DNA of 64,000 nucleotides from the NCBI GenBank assembly GCA_049521795.1, contig JBEKOM010000001.1, positions 320,001 through 384,000 on the forward strand. Direction: 5' to 3'. The position numbers and the translations under genes are program-made. This DNA comes from Candidatus Bathyarchaeia archaeon. Its GTDB lineage: Archaea; Thermoproteota; Bathyarchaeia; Bathyarchaeales; Bathycorpusculaceae. The notes beneath the pieces are model-generated. The model was given only the letters and a program-made list of their open reading frames with translations. It was not told where the DNA came from and searched no databases. Shown here piece by piece: positions 19,900 to 28,976 of this stretch (positions are counted from its first letter, which is position 1; every line of letters begins with the position of its first letter).

Positions 19900-20220
19900 T
19901 CATTCCTTAGCGGGCTTGTACCGCGTGAACCCGCAGTGTCCACAAGTGTACCTGTTACCATGGTCTGCCATGAAGTATCCGGGTCCGCACCGTTCGCATG
20001 TTGGGCGAAGTCTAATGACCTTTTCAGCCTCAACCTTGTACAGTTTGAAAACGCCCTTTTCCTTCTTCTTCTTTTTCTCGGGTTTTGGAGCTTTCTCAGG
20101 TTTCGCAGGTTTTGCTTCTTCCTTCGGCGCTTCCGCTGGGGCTTCTTCTGCCTTTTTCACTTCTTTCTTGGGTTCTTCTCCCTTCTTTGGCGCCTCTTTC
20201 TTTTCTTCCTTCTTGGGCAT
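19900..20220 (-). CDS. rps27ae: 30S ribosomal protein eS31 (S27ae) with long K/E/A/P-rich N-terminal extension
   Basis: CERCGPGYFMADHGNRYTCGHCG. Confidence 0.95.
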   Translation of the reverse strand: MPKKEEKKEAPKKGEEPKKEVKKAEEAPAEAPKEEAKPAKPEKAPKPEKKKKKEKGVFKLYKVEAEKVIRLRPTCERCGPGYFMADHGNRYTCGHCGFTRYKPAKE

Positions 20221-20228
20221 TTTCTACT

Positions 20229-20546
20229 CTACCCCTTCTTCTCTTCTTCTTTGGGCTTCTCGGGAGGAGGAACGTTTCTCTTGACTACGTAATCGGGTTC
20301 GATGAGCTTCGCCTGCTCGGCAGAATCGTAAAGGTTCGCCACGCCTACAGCCGTGTGCGTTCCAGGCCTTGTTTCGAATTTTTTGACATAAATCAGGTCC
20401 ACGTTTGACTTTAACGCGTCTGCGACTGCTTTTCTGACTTCTAGTCTCGGAGGCGTGGCGCCTGCGACGTGTTTAACGTTAAAACGAATTTCCTTCCGCT
20501 TCAGCAGCGGGTTCTCTTTCTGTGACACTATGTTGACTTCCATCAC
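20229..20546 (-). CDS. rps24e: 30S ribosomal protein eS24
   Basis: ENPLLKRKEI, TPPRLEVR, EPDYVVKRN. Confidence 0.95.
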   Translation of the reverse strand: MMEVNIVSQKENPLLKRKEIRFNVKHVAGATPPRLEVRKAVADALKSNVDLIYVKKFETRPGTHTAVGVANLYDSAEQAKLIEPDYVVKRNVPPPEKPKEEEKKG

Positions 20547-20589
20547 GTTTCCTCGTGTGCGGTGTTGACTTGATGTTACACTCTCTTAT

Positions 20590-21120
20590 TTAGCTTTTTG
20601 AGCGCTTCTCCATGGAGTTGAGGATTGATGTGATTTCTGTTTTCTTGTCAGGAGTGACCTTGACTACGACGATGCCTTCGTGGGGCTGACCGTATATGAC
20701 GTATGAGTCTTCGGACGCGTGGGCGATGGCGGCGAGCGCCAGCAGGTCTTCTTCGCCTTTGACGACGATTTTGACATGTTCACTCTGTTTCAAGGCGGCT
20801 TCTATCGCTTGTTCGGCTTCGTCTGTAATTGTTCCTCGAGGGTTTGTTATGTAAACTGTCCGGTCTGCAGGTAACTTGAACGGTTTCGTGCTTCTCCTCA
20901 TGCATTTGTTGTCTATGATGAACAATTTGGGGGAAAAGCCGTTCTCTGCAAGGTTCTTTGAGACAGTGTCTCCAACGGAAATTATGCTCGTGGGGTTTTC
21001 TTGCTCAACCATTTTCTTCAGTCTTTTCATCGTGTCGACGAAAGAGCCTCTAATCAGAGTGCCTAACGGTTGCTTCAGAGCTTTGCGCAGTTCGGGTGTA
21101 AGATAGTGTTTAACCGCCAT
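20590..21120 (-). CDS. GTP-dependent dephospho-CoA kinase (DUF359)
   Basis: LKQPLG, SVGD, NPRGTI, GEEDLL, YGQP.EG; conserved position after spt4. Confidence 0.9.
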   Translation of the reverse strand: MAVKHYLTPELRKALKQPLGTLIRGSFVDTMKRLKKMVEQENPTSIISVGDTVSKNLAENGFSPKLFIIDNKCMRRSTKPFKLPADRTVYITNPRGTITDEAEQAIEAALKQSEHVKIVVKGEEDLLALAAIAHASEDSYVIYGQPHEGIVVVKVTPDKKTEITSILNSMEKRSKS

Positions 21121-21121
21121 C

Positions 21122-21307
21122 TTATCTGACCCTTAGGGCAAAGCGGCCTTTGTCTTTGATGTTCATGGCCTTTGCGATTGCTGAGCCTTCAGGATCAAAG
21201 ATGATCACCAACCCGCTAAAATCGTCGCTCAGGCTTGTCGTTTTGCACTTAGGACAGACGTTTCCTCTGCTCAGAGAGTGACAGTTTGGGCAGGCTTTCT
21301 CGCTCAT
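21122..21307 (-). CDS. spt4: Transcription elongation factor Spt4 (RpoE2)
   Basis: KACPNC..CPKC, SGLVIIFDPEGSAIAK, GRFALRVR. Confidence 0.95.
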   Translation of the reverse strand: MSEKACPNCHSLSRGNVCPKCKTTSLSDDFSGLVIIFDPEGSAIAKAMNIKDKGRFALRVR

Positions 21308-21900
21308 TCTGCTCTCACTCTTTTTTCGGTTGCTTTCTTCTCCGCTGCTTCCTTCATCTTCTTCAAGTCGGTTTCAATCCATTCAAGCTTGCCGAGGAAG
21401 GGCTGTCTTGCTGTGACGCCGATTTTTCCTGAACTTCCAGCTCTGCCAAGCGATACTGCAGTTATGCGGACACGAACTTGGTCGCCGCTCATCAGCTTGC
21501 GTTTACTTTCCTTTCCCAGCAACACTCCTTGCTTCTCGTCGTAAGAGATGAAGTCGTCCATGAGTTGGGAAACGTGAAGTAGCGCGTCAATCGGTCCGAT
21601 GCGGACGAAAGCGCCGAAGTCGGCCATCTCAACGACCTCGCCTTCCACGACTTCTTGAATTTTAGGGTAGAAGGTTAAAAGCGAAAAGTTCACCTTGTGA
21701 TACGTGGCGCCGTCGCCTGGAATTATCTTGCCTATGGAGCTTACTTTCACTGCGGTTACGGCTATGACATAGCCTAGCTCCTCGTCGACGACTCCTTCGT
21801 ATTTCGCCTTGACCTGCTGGTGTCCCACCGATTCAAGTGGGTTGCCGAACGTGTTAGGCGGAATCCGAATCGTGTCTTCTAAGGTTACAAGTTTAAACAG
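21304..21900 (-). CDS. rpoE1: RNA polymerase subunit Rpo7 (RpoE1), apparent CTG start
   Basis: The frame stays open upstream of the ORF-track start: CTG-FKLVTLEDTIRIPP. GGGAGG lies 9 nt before the CTG. S1 domain FGAFVRIGPIDALLHVSQ. Confidence 0.93.
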   Translation of the reverse strand: MFKLVTLEDTIRIPPNTFGNPLESVGHQQVKAKYEGVVDEELGYVIAVTAVKVSSIGKIIPGDGATYHKVNFSLLTFYPKIQEVVEGEVVEMADFGAFVRIGPIDALLHVSQLMDDFISYDEKQGVLLGKESKRKLMSGDQVRVRITAVSLGRAGSSGKIGVTARQPFLGKLEWIETDLKKMKEAAEKKATEKRVRAE

Positions 21901-21903
21901 GGG

Positions 21904-22329
21904 TTACAGCCTCCCGTCAATTTCTAATCGTGACTTTTGCCTCACATAAATAACTGGCACATTTATATCTCTTAGCCTGTTCTTGAGTTGTCTGTCGTTC
22001 GTGAACACCGGGTACTTGTACTTGGCGGCCGCTTGAACGATAAGGTCGTCTGTGGACGCGTCTGGTCGTTGAGCAACATTCAGTGGCTTGCACCTTTCAG
22101 CCAGTTTCAGTGCAAGAGCCGCGTTCTTGCGCCTGCTGGAGGAACCGTGAGTTGCTATTCTCTGAAGCTCCATCCGGGTTGGCGAAAGCAGGACAAGTTC
22201 AAAATTCCTGTTCAAAAGCTTTCTTAAATCTTCAAAAAGGTCAATGTTGAACTGAAGCGGAACGAACAGAGCGTTTGAATCGAGTATGATCTTCAATTTT
22301 CTTCTTGCAGGCTTAAGTTCTGCCGTCAT
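21904..22329 (-). CDS. PIN-domain protein (Fcf1/Utp24-like)
   Basis: IILDSNAL, TDDLIV, VFTNDRQLK, VPVIYVRQ; conserved between eif2g and rpoE. Confidence 0.9.
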   Translation of the reverse strand: MTAELKPARRKLKIILDSNALFVPLQFNIDLFEDLRKLLNRNFELVLLSPTRMELQRIATHGSSSRRKNAALALKLAERCKPLNVAQRPDASTDDLIVQAAAKYKYPVFTNDRQLKNRLRDINVPVIYVRQKSRLEIDGRL

Positions 22330-22330
22330 T

Positions 22331-23575
22331 TTACCGTATCATTCCATAGCCTATTAGCCGCCATCTCCCCGCCATTTTTCTGCTCAGTGCAACTCTTGAT
22401 CCTGTTTGCACGCAAACTGGCCGTGTGAGTTTAATCTGAACGCTGTCCTTTCTTATTGAGGAGACTTTCCCGACTGTTATGGCGGCACCGACGTGCATGA
22501 GCAGTGTTTCGTTCATGGCGACTTCTTCGATTTTCATCAGCTCTTTTGTTCCTACAGCTCTTTCAAGAATGTGAGTTTCAAGGATAACCTCTGACGATAT
22601 TGGAGGCAGCATTCCTCGTTTTCCAGCGATGTTTCCGATGAGGCTGTCGGCCTTCGAATATGATGGGTCAAGGAGTGTTCCTACGCCTACTAGGCCGCCG
22701 CAGTGAGCTTCATTCACGTCTTTTCCACCGGCTTCGAGGCTTACGATTTCGCTGAACAGGGGCTCGTACGTGATCTTTCCTTCAGTCGCTATTCCTGGGA
22801 GTATCTCAAGTTCTTCAGCGACCGTGAACTTGCCCTGAACTATCGTGCCCCCTAGCACCCCGCCTTCAAGCTTGTCGACAAGCGTGCCCGGCTTGTTGAT
22901 GTCAAAAGAACGTATTATGTACATGAACGGCGGCTTTGTTTCATCCCTTTTCGGCGTCGGCATAACCTCTTCCATCGCTTGAAGGAGAACATCCACGTTG
23001 ACTCCGTGCTGTGCTGAGATGGGAATGATGGGGGCGTCTTCCGCCACAGTTCCTTTCACGAAGTTCTTTATCTCAGCGTAGCTCTGGCGGGCCCTCTTCT
23101 CGTCAACGATGTCAATCTTGTTCTGGACTATGACTATGTTCTTTATGCCTACAACACCGACCGCGGCCAAGTGTTCTCTGGTCTGCGGTTGAGGACACGG
23201 TTCGTCTGCCGCTATCACGAGTAGCGCTCCGTCCATTATCGCCGCTCCTGAGAGCATGGTTGCCATCAGAGCCTCATGACCTGGGGCGTCAACGAAGCTG
23301 ATCGCTCGGACGAAAACGGCTTTGGAGCCGCAGGCGGGGCAGGCTGGTTTTGTAGTGTAGTTCTTCGGCGGCTCACACTTGGGACACATGTAAACTGCCA
23401 TGTCTGCGTAGCCCAGTTTGATCGTGATGCCTCTCTTGAGTTCTTCGCTGTGCCTCGATGCCCAAACACCCGTCAGCGCCTGAACGAGTGTTGTTTTGCC
23501 ATGGTCCACATGTCCTATTGTGCCGATGTTGATTTCGGGTTGACGAGGCATTGGTGCCCGTTTTTCGCTGCTCAT
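22331..23575 (-). CDS. eif2g: Translation initiation factor aIF2 gamma
   Basis: QPEINIGTIGHVDHGKTT, RGITIKLGY, DAPGHE, WRLIGYG. Confidence 0.98.
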   Translation of the reverse strand: MSSEKRAPMPRQPEINIGTIGHVDHGKTTLVQALTGVWASRHSEELKRGITIKLGYADMAVYMCPKCEPPKNYTTKPACPACGSKAVFVRAISFVDAPGHEALMATMLSGAAIMDGALLVIAADEPCPQPQTREHLAAVGVVGIKNIVIVQNKIDIVDEKRARQSYAEIKNFVKGTVAEDAPIIPISAQHGVNVDVLLQAMEEVMPTPKRDETKPPFMYIIRSFDINKPGTLVDKLEGGVLGGTIVQGKFTVAEELEILPGIATEGKITYEPLFSEIVSLEAGGKDVNEAHCGGLVGVGTLLDPSYSKADSLIGNIAGKRGMLPPISSEVILETHILERAVGTKELMKIEEVAMNETLLMHVGAAITVGKVSSIRKDSVQIKLTRPVCVQTGSRVALSRKMAGRWRLIGYGMIR

Positions 23576-23651
23576 TGTTCACTTTCCTATGAACGTTTAC
23601 AAATTATTGAAGGATTAGAAATGCTGCGGCTAATAAACGTTTTAGCCCTCA

Positions 23652-24104
23652 TCAAGTGCTGGTTTGCGTTTGAGCTTTGGCTTGTTGCTCAGGTTCTTTC
23701 GGAGCCGTTTTTTCTTCCTTCTTTTCCTTCGGCTTCTTTCCTTCTTTAGGATGTTTTGGCTTTTCCACGATTTTCGCGTTTACCTGAACGATCTCGTCCG
23801 TTATGACGTTTCCCCGAATGCTTTTGCGTCTCCTCATCCCTCCGTTCAGCGGGTTGAAACCTACGCCGCCGCTGAGAACTATGCGTCGGCGAACACCGCC
23901 ATGTACGCTCGGCCTCATCGGGAACCCGTCCTTGTCGGAGCCGCCCATGATTTGGACCTTGTGTCCTGCGAAATCGACTATTGTTCCGTCTATGACTTCG
24001 CCTATTCTCCTGCCGATCAACGGGGTAGCGCGTGCTTCTTCAAGCTCAACCGCTTTTGATGTTCCCGTTTCGGGGTCTGAAACGATGACTTTGAACTTGG
24101 CCAT
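23652..24104 (-). CDS. rps6e: 30S ribosomal protein eS6
   Basis: FKVIVSDP, GGSDKDGFPM, RRRKSIRGN. Confidence 0.97.
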   Translation of the reverse strand: MAKFKVIVSDPETGTSKAVELEEARATPLIGRRIGEVIDGTIVDFAGHKVQIMGGSDKDGFPMRPSVHGGVRRRIVLSGGVGFNPLNGGMRRRKSIRGNVITDEIVQVNAKIVEKPKHPKEGKKPKEKKEEKTAPKEPEQQAKAQTQTST

Positions 24105-24534
24105 TCGTCGTAGCCTCTTAGGTGGTGGTATGAAAGTTGAGCATCTCTCTATTAAGAATTGCGTGTTTTAGCAGTGTGAAGTTTGCGTCAATCGATGCCC
24201 AAAAAGCGCGTTGGCTTGTCCCTAAATTCGCAAAAAAATGAATTTTCAAAGCATATACGTTTTGCATATACACTTAACGAGCATCGTTGAAAACGGTGAG
24301 GCTGTTCATGTTAGCTGCGGAGCTCTGCGGGCTGTTCAAGTTCGCACGCATGATAAAAGGACACGGCAGCGCGCTACAAATTGCTCAACAACCTAGGCGC
24401 GTTCTTGATGAGAGAATCTTGACGAGGCAATCGGTTGCGATTCGTGATAACGCGCTTTTAGCGTGCAGTTCGAGAGGGAAATCAGCTTCGAGGGAGTAAA
24501 AGTTTTAATCTTGCTTTGAAGAGGTTTTCTGGCC

Positions 24535-25722
24535 ATGTGGCGGCTGGGGTTCTTTTTCCACGAAATGGGGTTCGGATTGCTCTCGATTTTTCTGCCGCTT
24601 TACTTGCTTAGAATCGACGCTGCGAATGGGCTGTTCTACGTTGGGGTAATCACTGCTATCGCTCTCTTCGCGGCTATTCCTGCCTCTTTCTTCTGGGGCT
24701 ATTTATGCGACAGGACACGGCATTATAAGCGTTACATCCTTCTTGCGTTCCTCGCGTCGGCCGTCTTGCTCTGCCTCTTCGCGTTTACGACAGAAATAAC
24801 TTTGCTGATTGTAATATACGCGATAATGTCGATTTTTCACGTTGCCCATGAAGCTCCGAAAAACATTCTCATCTCTGAGCTGTATTCTCATCGAGATTGG
24901 GAGAAGAATTTCGCCTTCTACGAGGGGGTCACGGAAGTCGGGACGCTAATCGGTCTTCTGTTAGGCTTCTTTGCCTCGTATTTTGGGGTTAGTGCGGTGA
25001 ACACCCTTTTTCTCGTAGCAGGGTTGAACTTCGCAGCCTTCGTTCTATCTGCAATACTCGTCGTGGACCCCCCAATGATTTTTGAGAGAAGCTTAGTGAG
25101 CATCGAGAAGACTGTTGACTTCGCGTCTCACGGTGTCTTCCTGGCTTCCAGAATGGTGGACGGCATAGGTCTGGATGAGAAATTGAAAAGAGAGAACGTC
25201 ACAGCCTTCTGCTTCGGACTAGTGCTTTTCTCGCTTGCCACGAGCATACTGTTCACTCCTATGCCCGTGTTTGTGAACAGCATCGCGCCGGCGGGGTTCG
25301 TCTTCGCGATTTTCGTGCTCAATTCCGGGGGAGCTATAGGGGGCTACGCGTTGGCTGGAAAAAGGTCGCAGGGGCCAACTGGAAAAGCCCGCGTGGCCGG
25401 ACTAGTGCTGTTTCGAAGCCTGCTTGCCTTCGTACTTCTCGCCGCCTTGAATCTGTCATCTTTTAACGTTCTGCTGACCACTGGAATTCTAATCGTCATG
25501 GGATTTCTCTTTGCATTCTTTATGGTGACGATTCTTGCTCTATCTATGGAGCTTATACCAGCGGGCAAAGCGGGTCTGATCAATGTTCTGATAGGGCTGG
25601 GAGGAGCATTCGGCTCATTTATCGGCCCTTTCATCGCTCAGGTTTCGGGTTTCCTCCAAGTTTTCATTGTGGCCGGTGCAATATTCTTCGCCGCCTTCGT
25701 CTTCTTCAAGATCTTCGCATAG
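24535..25722 (+). CDS. MFS transporter
   Basis: About 12 hydrophobic segments; WGYLCDRTRHYK matches the MFS motif-A pattern. Confidence 0.85.
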   Translation: MWRLGFFFHEMGFGLLSIFLPLYLLRIDAANGLFYVGVITAIALFAAIPASFFWGYLCDRTRHYKRYILLAFLASAVLLCLFAFTTEITLLIVIYAIMSIFHVAHEAPKNILISELYSHRDWEKNFAFYEGVTEVGTLIGLLLGFFASYFGVSAVNTLFLVAGLNFAAFVLSAILVVDPPMIFERSLVSIEKTVDFASHGVFLASRMVDGIGLDEKLKRENVTAFCFGLVLFSLATSILFTPMPVFVNSIAPAGFVFAIFVLNSGGAIGGYALAGKRSQGPTGKARVAGLVLFRSLLAFVLLAALNLSSFNVLLTTGILIVMGFLFAFFMVTILALSMELIPAGKAGLINVLIGLGGAFGSFIGPFIAQVSGFLQVFIVAGAIFFAAFVFFKIFA

Positions 25723-25749
25723 GCAGGAGAAGAAAAAGGGGACAGATGC

Positions 25750-27204
25750 TTACTCGACGTGTACTCTGAAGAGGTCTATGTCTTCTCTCATTTCAGGCGT
25801 TGCTTCGAGGAAGTCTCTCACCGCGTGTTCAACGTCCCTTGATTGTGTCACGTATCTTCCGACGATGATTATGTCAGCGCCTTTTTGCAGGGCTTCTCTT
25901 CCAGTCTCTGGCACTATTCCGCCTGCCACAGCGATCAGAAACTTCTTGTCCTTGAAGGTCTGCCTAATTTCCGGGATGATCTCCAACCCGTGTGTTCTTC
26001 CTGTTTCTTGGTCTATTCCCCTGTGGAGGATGATGATGTCGGGGAACTCTTTGATCGACCTAAGCTTCTTGAGTGCGTCTTCAACGTTCATCATGTCGAC
26101 GACGGCGTATATTGCGAGTCTCTTTGCTTCGTGAATGAACGAGTCGAGTGTTTCAGGAGCTGCCAGTCCCGAGGCGACAACGGCGTCTGCCGTTTCGTCG
26201 TAGGCGAGGTCAACTTCGACTTTGCCGACGTCCAGGGTTTTGAGGTCGGCTACGAAGAAGATGTCCTTGGCCACTTCTCGCAGTTCGTTTATCACTTTTG
26301 TTCCGTATCTCTTGATCAGAGGTGTTCCAACTTCCAGGATTATTCTGTCGCTTCCCGGCAGCTGTGCTATCACTTTCTTTGCTCTTTCTACGTCTGGGTT
26401 GTCAAGCGAAATCTGCAGGTACGGCGGTCTCCACAGGCGGGGCACTTTGAACCCCATTATCGGGTGTCTGGCTCTGTCCTTGTCGTAGAGGATCTTCTCG
26501 AGCGATGGGTACTTTGCTAGGGCCCTTTTTAAAGCCAGCTTGGTGGCTCCGTAGTTGTAGTGATAGATCTTGCGGAAGTCGCTTGCTTGAGGATGCACGA
26601 ATACGCTGGCCACTATGACCCAGTCGTCGATCTTGTCTCTGGGGATTATTCCGTCTTCCACTGAGTCAGCAACAGCTTTTGCGACTGCAGCTTGGGCTGG
26701 TCCAAATATCTTGCCCACGTCTTGAATGTTTTTTATGGTTACTTTGGGCACGAGCAACGTGTGCGGTTTAGGCGGAAGGTTCGGTCTTATGACTGCCAAC
26801 AAGGGCGTGTGTCCCGCAGACAGGTTGCACATTCCTGCTGCAAAAGCAGCTCCGACCGGCCCGTTCTTGTCGCCTATGAGCAGGTCTATGTGTGCAACCT
26901 CGTTTCCCTCTCCGACAAGTGCCTCGCCAATCAAGTATGTGCATCCTGATTCTTCGACAGATTCCGACATTAGATTTGTCGGCAAGCTGTCCGTGATCTC
27001 TTTGAAATCAACATTGAATTCTTTGAGCCACGTGTAAAGCGTGTCCCTGTGAATGTCCAAGGCTTCAGCCGTTCCTAGGACTGTAGGCTTTGTCGGTTTG
27101 ATTCTCGTAACAGTACGGGTTTCGGTGGCTCTCTTGGCAGCTTCCGTCAGCATCTTAACGAGTTCTTCTCTTGTTTCAGGCTTTTTGATGTCGTGTTCCG
27201 ACAT
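25750..27204 (-). CDS. fae-hps: Formaldehyde-activating enzyme / 3-hexulose-6-phosphate synthase fusion with an extra N-terminal Fis-like HTH
   Basis: Fae: [56 protein letters not shown]. Hps: [32 protein letters not shown]-terminus carries [19 protein letters not shown]. Confidence 0.93.
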   Translation of the reverse strand: MSEHDIKKPETREELVKMLTEAAKRATETRTVTRIKPTKPTVLGTAEALDIHRDTLYTWLKEFNVDFKEITDSLPTNLMSESVEESGCTYLIGEALVGEGNEVAHIDLLIGDKNGPVGAAFAAGMCNLSAGHTPLLAVIRPNLPPKPHTLLVPKVTIKNIQDVGKIFGPAQAAVAKAVADSVEDGIIPRDKIDDWVIVASVFVHPQASDFRKIYHYNYGATKLALKRALAKYPSLEKILYDKDRARHPIMGFKVPRLWRPPYLQISLDNPDVERAKKVIAQLPGSDRIILEVGTPLIKRYGTKVINELREVAKDIFFVADLKTLDVGKVEVDLAYDETADAVVASGLAAPETLDSFIHEAKRLAIYAVVDMMNVEDALKKLRSIKEFPDIIILHRGIDQETGRTHGLEIIPEIRQTFKDKKFLIAVAGGIVPETGREALQKGADIIIVGRYVTQSRDVEHAVRDFLEATPEMREDIDLFRVHVE

Positions 27205-27430
27205 TTCTGACTCACAACTGGTATCTAGCTGTGCATTAGGTATATAAGAGTGTCGGCCACATAGAAGTCAGAAGGACCAATAGCCCTGTGGCCGCCATAG
27301 AACTGTCGCTTTTAGGCTGCATATGAGGTATTCTTCAGGCGCCACCTGTGGTCTCTGGTCGCAAAGTGTCGGAGTTGGAGGGCCGAAGGCATTTCAAGGA
27401 TGGCTAGGTGTCGGGATGTCTGATGTCAGA
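26912..27430. promoter_or_regulatory. Array of TGTCGG/CCGACA hexamers around the fae-hps promoter (TATA TTATATA at 27241-27247, - strand)
   Basis: Exact copies at 26912, 26964, 26977, 27091, 27198, 27251, 27367, 27409; near-matches at 26954, 26988, 27189, 27304, 27417, 27424. Confidence 0.6.
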
Positions 27431-27531
27431 CTGCATGGTGTAATGGTTGATGATTCTGTTCTCAGAGCGGCAAAGTCTATATACTCTGAGACAGTGTAGA
27501 ACGGTAAAAACTGGCTTCGGGAGTTGCCTCG

Positions 27532-27711
27532 ATGTGGCGGAGAGACGTAGTGTTTCTGTTCCTAGTGATCTTAGGTGTGGTCTTGTTCTTGTATGGCGCT
27601 AACTATTATGGCGTCACAGTGGGTTGGACTGGCATCGGCCTGCTTGTTGCTGGGTTTTTTGGTTATTTGGCTCTGAAAGTGTATGAGGCCTCAGCGAAGA
27701 AGAAAGAATGA
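27532..27711 (+). CDS. Unannotated 59-aa two-TM membrane protein
   Basis: MWRRDVVFLFLVILGVVLFLYGANYYGVTVGWTGIGLLVAGFFGYLALKVYEASAKKKE; TATA-like CTATATA near 27478. Confidence 0.7.
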   Translation: MWRRDVVFLFLVILGVVLFLYGANYYGVTVGWTGIGLLVAGFFGYLALKVYEASAKKKE

Positions 27712-27848
27712 GTAAGATCCGCGGACGCTACATCCTTGTATTCGAGTTTTCACCAAGGCTATTTCGACTACCCCTTCCCCCCTAGGGTGTTGCTACTGCA
27801 CGTGGGCGCTGGGGAAAGGCCCTTTGACTTAGTTATCATCTATTCTTC

Positions 27849-28850
27849 CTAGGTTACTCTGAGCTGTTCCACTTCTTCTTTCTGTGGGACTTGAACACTC
27901 AGTGGTTTCTCGCAGCGCTGCTTGCCGAATTTCACTTGTACGTTGCCTTGTTTCTTGTCTGAGTGGTAAGCGGTCAGCTCCGCGGCTTTCTCGATGGCGA
28001 TTCTGGTTTTGGGTCCTTGGAGCAAGGCTATGGGGCTTCCGCAGTCTTGGGCTTCGAAGCAGTAGTCATTCGCATCCTTCATTCGGATCAGGAGCTTGTT
28101 TTCAGTTTCGTTTCTGCCAACTATGATTTTGTTCTTTTCAAACCTGAAGTGTCGTCCAGTTTTCAGCAGCTGCACGTCCTTCAAGGAGACTCTTCTTTTG
28201 TGCTCAAACAGGTCTTTCAGTTTGGCAGCAAATTCCTTGTACGTTAGTAGGCAGCCTCCGCTGGGGCACGAATAGCCAATTACGCTCATCTCTTCTGCAA
28301 GCTTGATCTGCTTCTTTCTTGAGCGGCCCTCGATGCCGAGCAGGGCTTCTCCGTTTACGAAGCCCTTCTCTTCGGCTTCACTCTTCGGCAGCAACCTTGC
28401 AGACAGGGGCCTGAGGACCTTTCCCTTCAAGCCTGCTTTTTCCTCTATTAGGCTTAGAGTTCTTCCATGCTGTGACATTGGTCTTTGACCTAAGACTTCG
28501 CCGGTGATGATGAACCGCGCGCCTGTTTCCTCTGCATACTTCTTGGCCTTCTTCAGCATGAAAATTCTGCAGTCAACGCAGGGGTTCATGTTCTTTCCGT
28601 AGCCAAACCGCGGTTTTCTGACGATCCTGAGGTATTCCTCGCCGACGCTGATCGTTCTCAACGGTATGCTAAGGCTCTTTGCCACTTCTAGGGCTCCGCA
28701 GCCGCCTTTTCCGCAGAGACAGAAGGGGCTCACAAAGTTAACTGCTTCAACATCTATGCCTTGATCCAGCATGAGCTTCACGGCCAGCGTGCTGTCTAAC
28801 CCGCCGGACAGAAGGGCTAGAGCCTTCGTCTTCTTGCCTCTCGAAGCCAT
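27849..28850 (-). CDS. ThiI/MnmA-like PP-loop tRNA thiolation enzyme with DUF814-like C-terminus
   Basis: LLSGGLDS, NPCVDC, GEVLGQRPMSQ, PSGGCLLT, GRHFR. Confidence 0.85.
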   Translation of the reverse strand: MASRGKKTKALALLSGGLDSTLAVKLMLDQGIDVEAVNFVSPFCLCGKGGCGALEVAKSLSIPLRTISVGEEYLRIVRKPRFGYGKNMNPCVDCRIFMLKKAKKYAEETGARFIITGEVLGQRPMSQHGRTLSLIEEKAGLKGKVLRPLSARLLPKSEAEEKGFVNGEALLGIEGRSRKKQIKLAEEMSVIGYSCPSGGCLLTYKEFAAKLKDLFEHKRRVSLKDVQLLKTGRHFRFEKNKIIVGRNETENKLLIRMKDANDYCFEAQDCGSPIALLQGPKTRIAIEKAAELTAYHSDKKQGNVQVKFGKQRCEKPLSVQVPQKEEVEQLRVT

Positions 28851-28976
28851 AGTTTTCACAGCGTTAACACACGCCTTTAACATTCTGACGTATTAATGGG
28901 TTACTCAGAAGCTTCGCACACTAGAAAAAGAGGGTTTGTCAAGGGGTTTATTTTGCCCTTGATCATCCTTCTGGAA

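Noticed and set aside
24251-24271. GCATATAC direct repeat upstream of rps6e, and the ATTTGCAT/ATGCAAAT inverted repeat at 15291-15325
   Set aside because: Plausible regulator sites, but only two 8-bp copies each, too weak to support.
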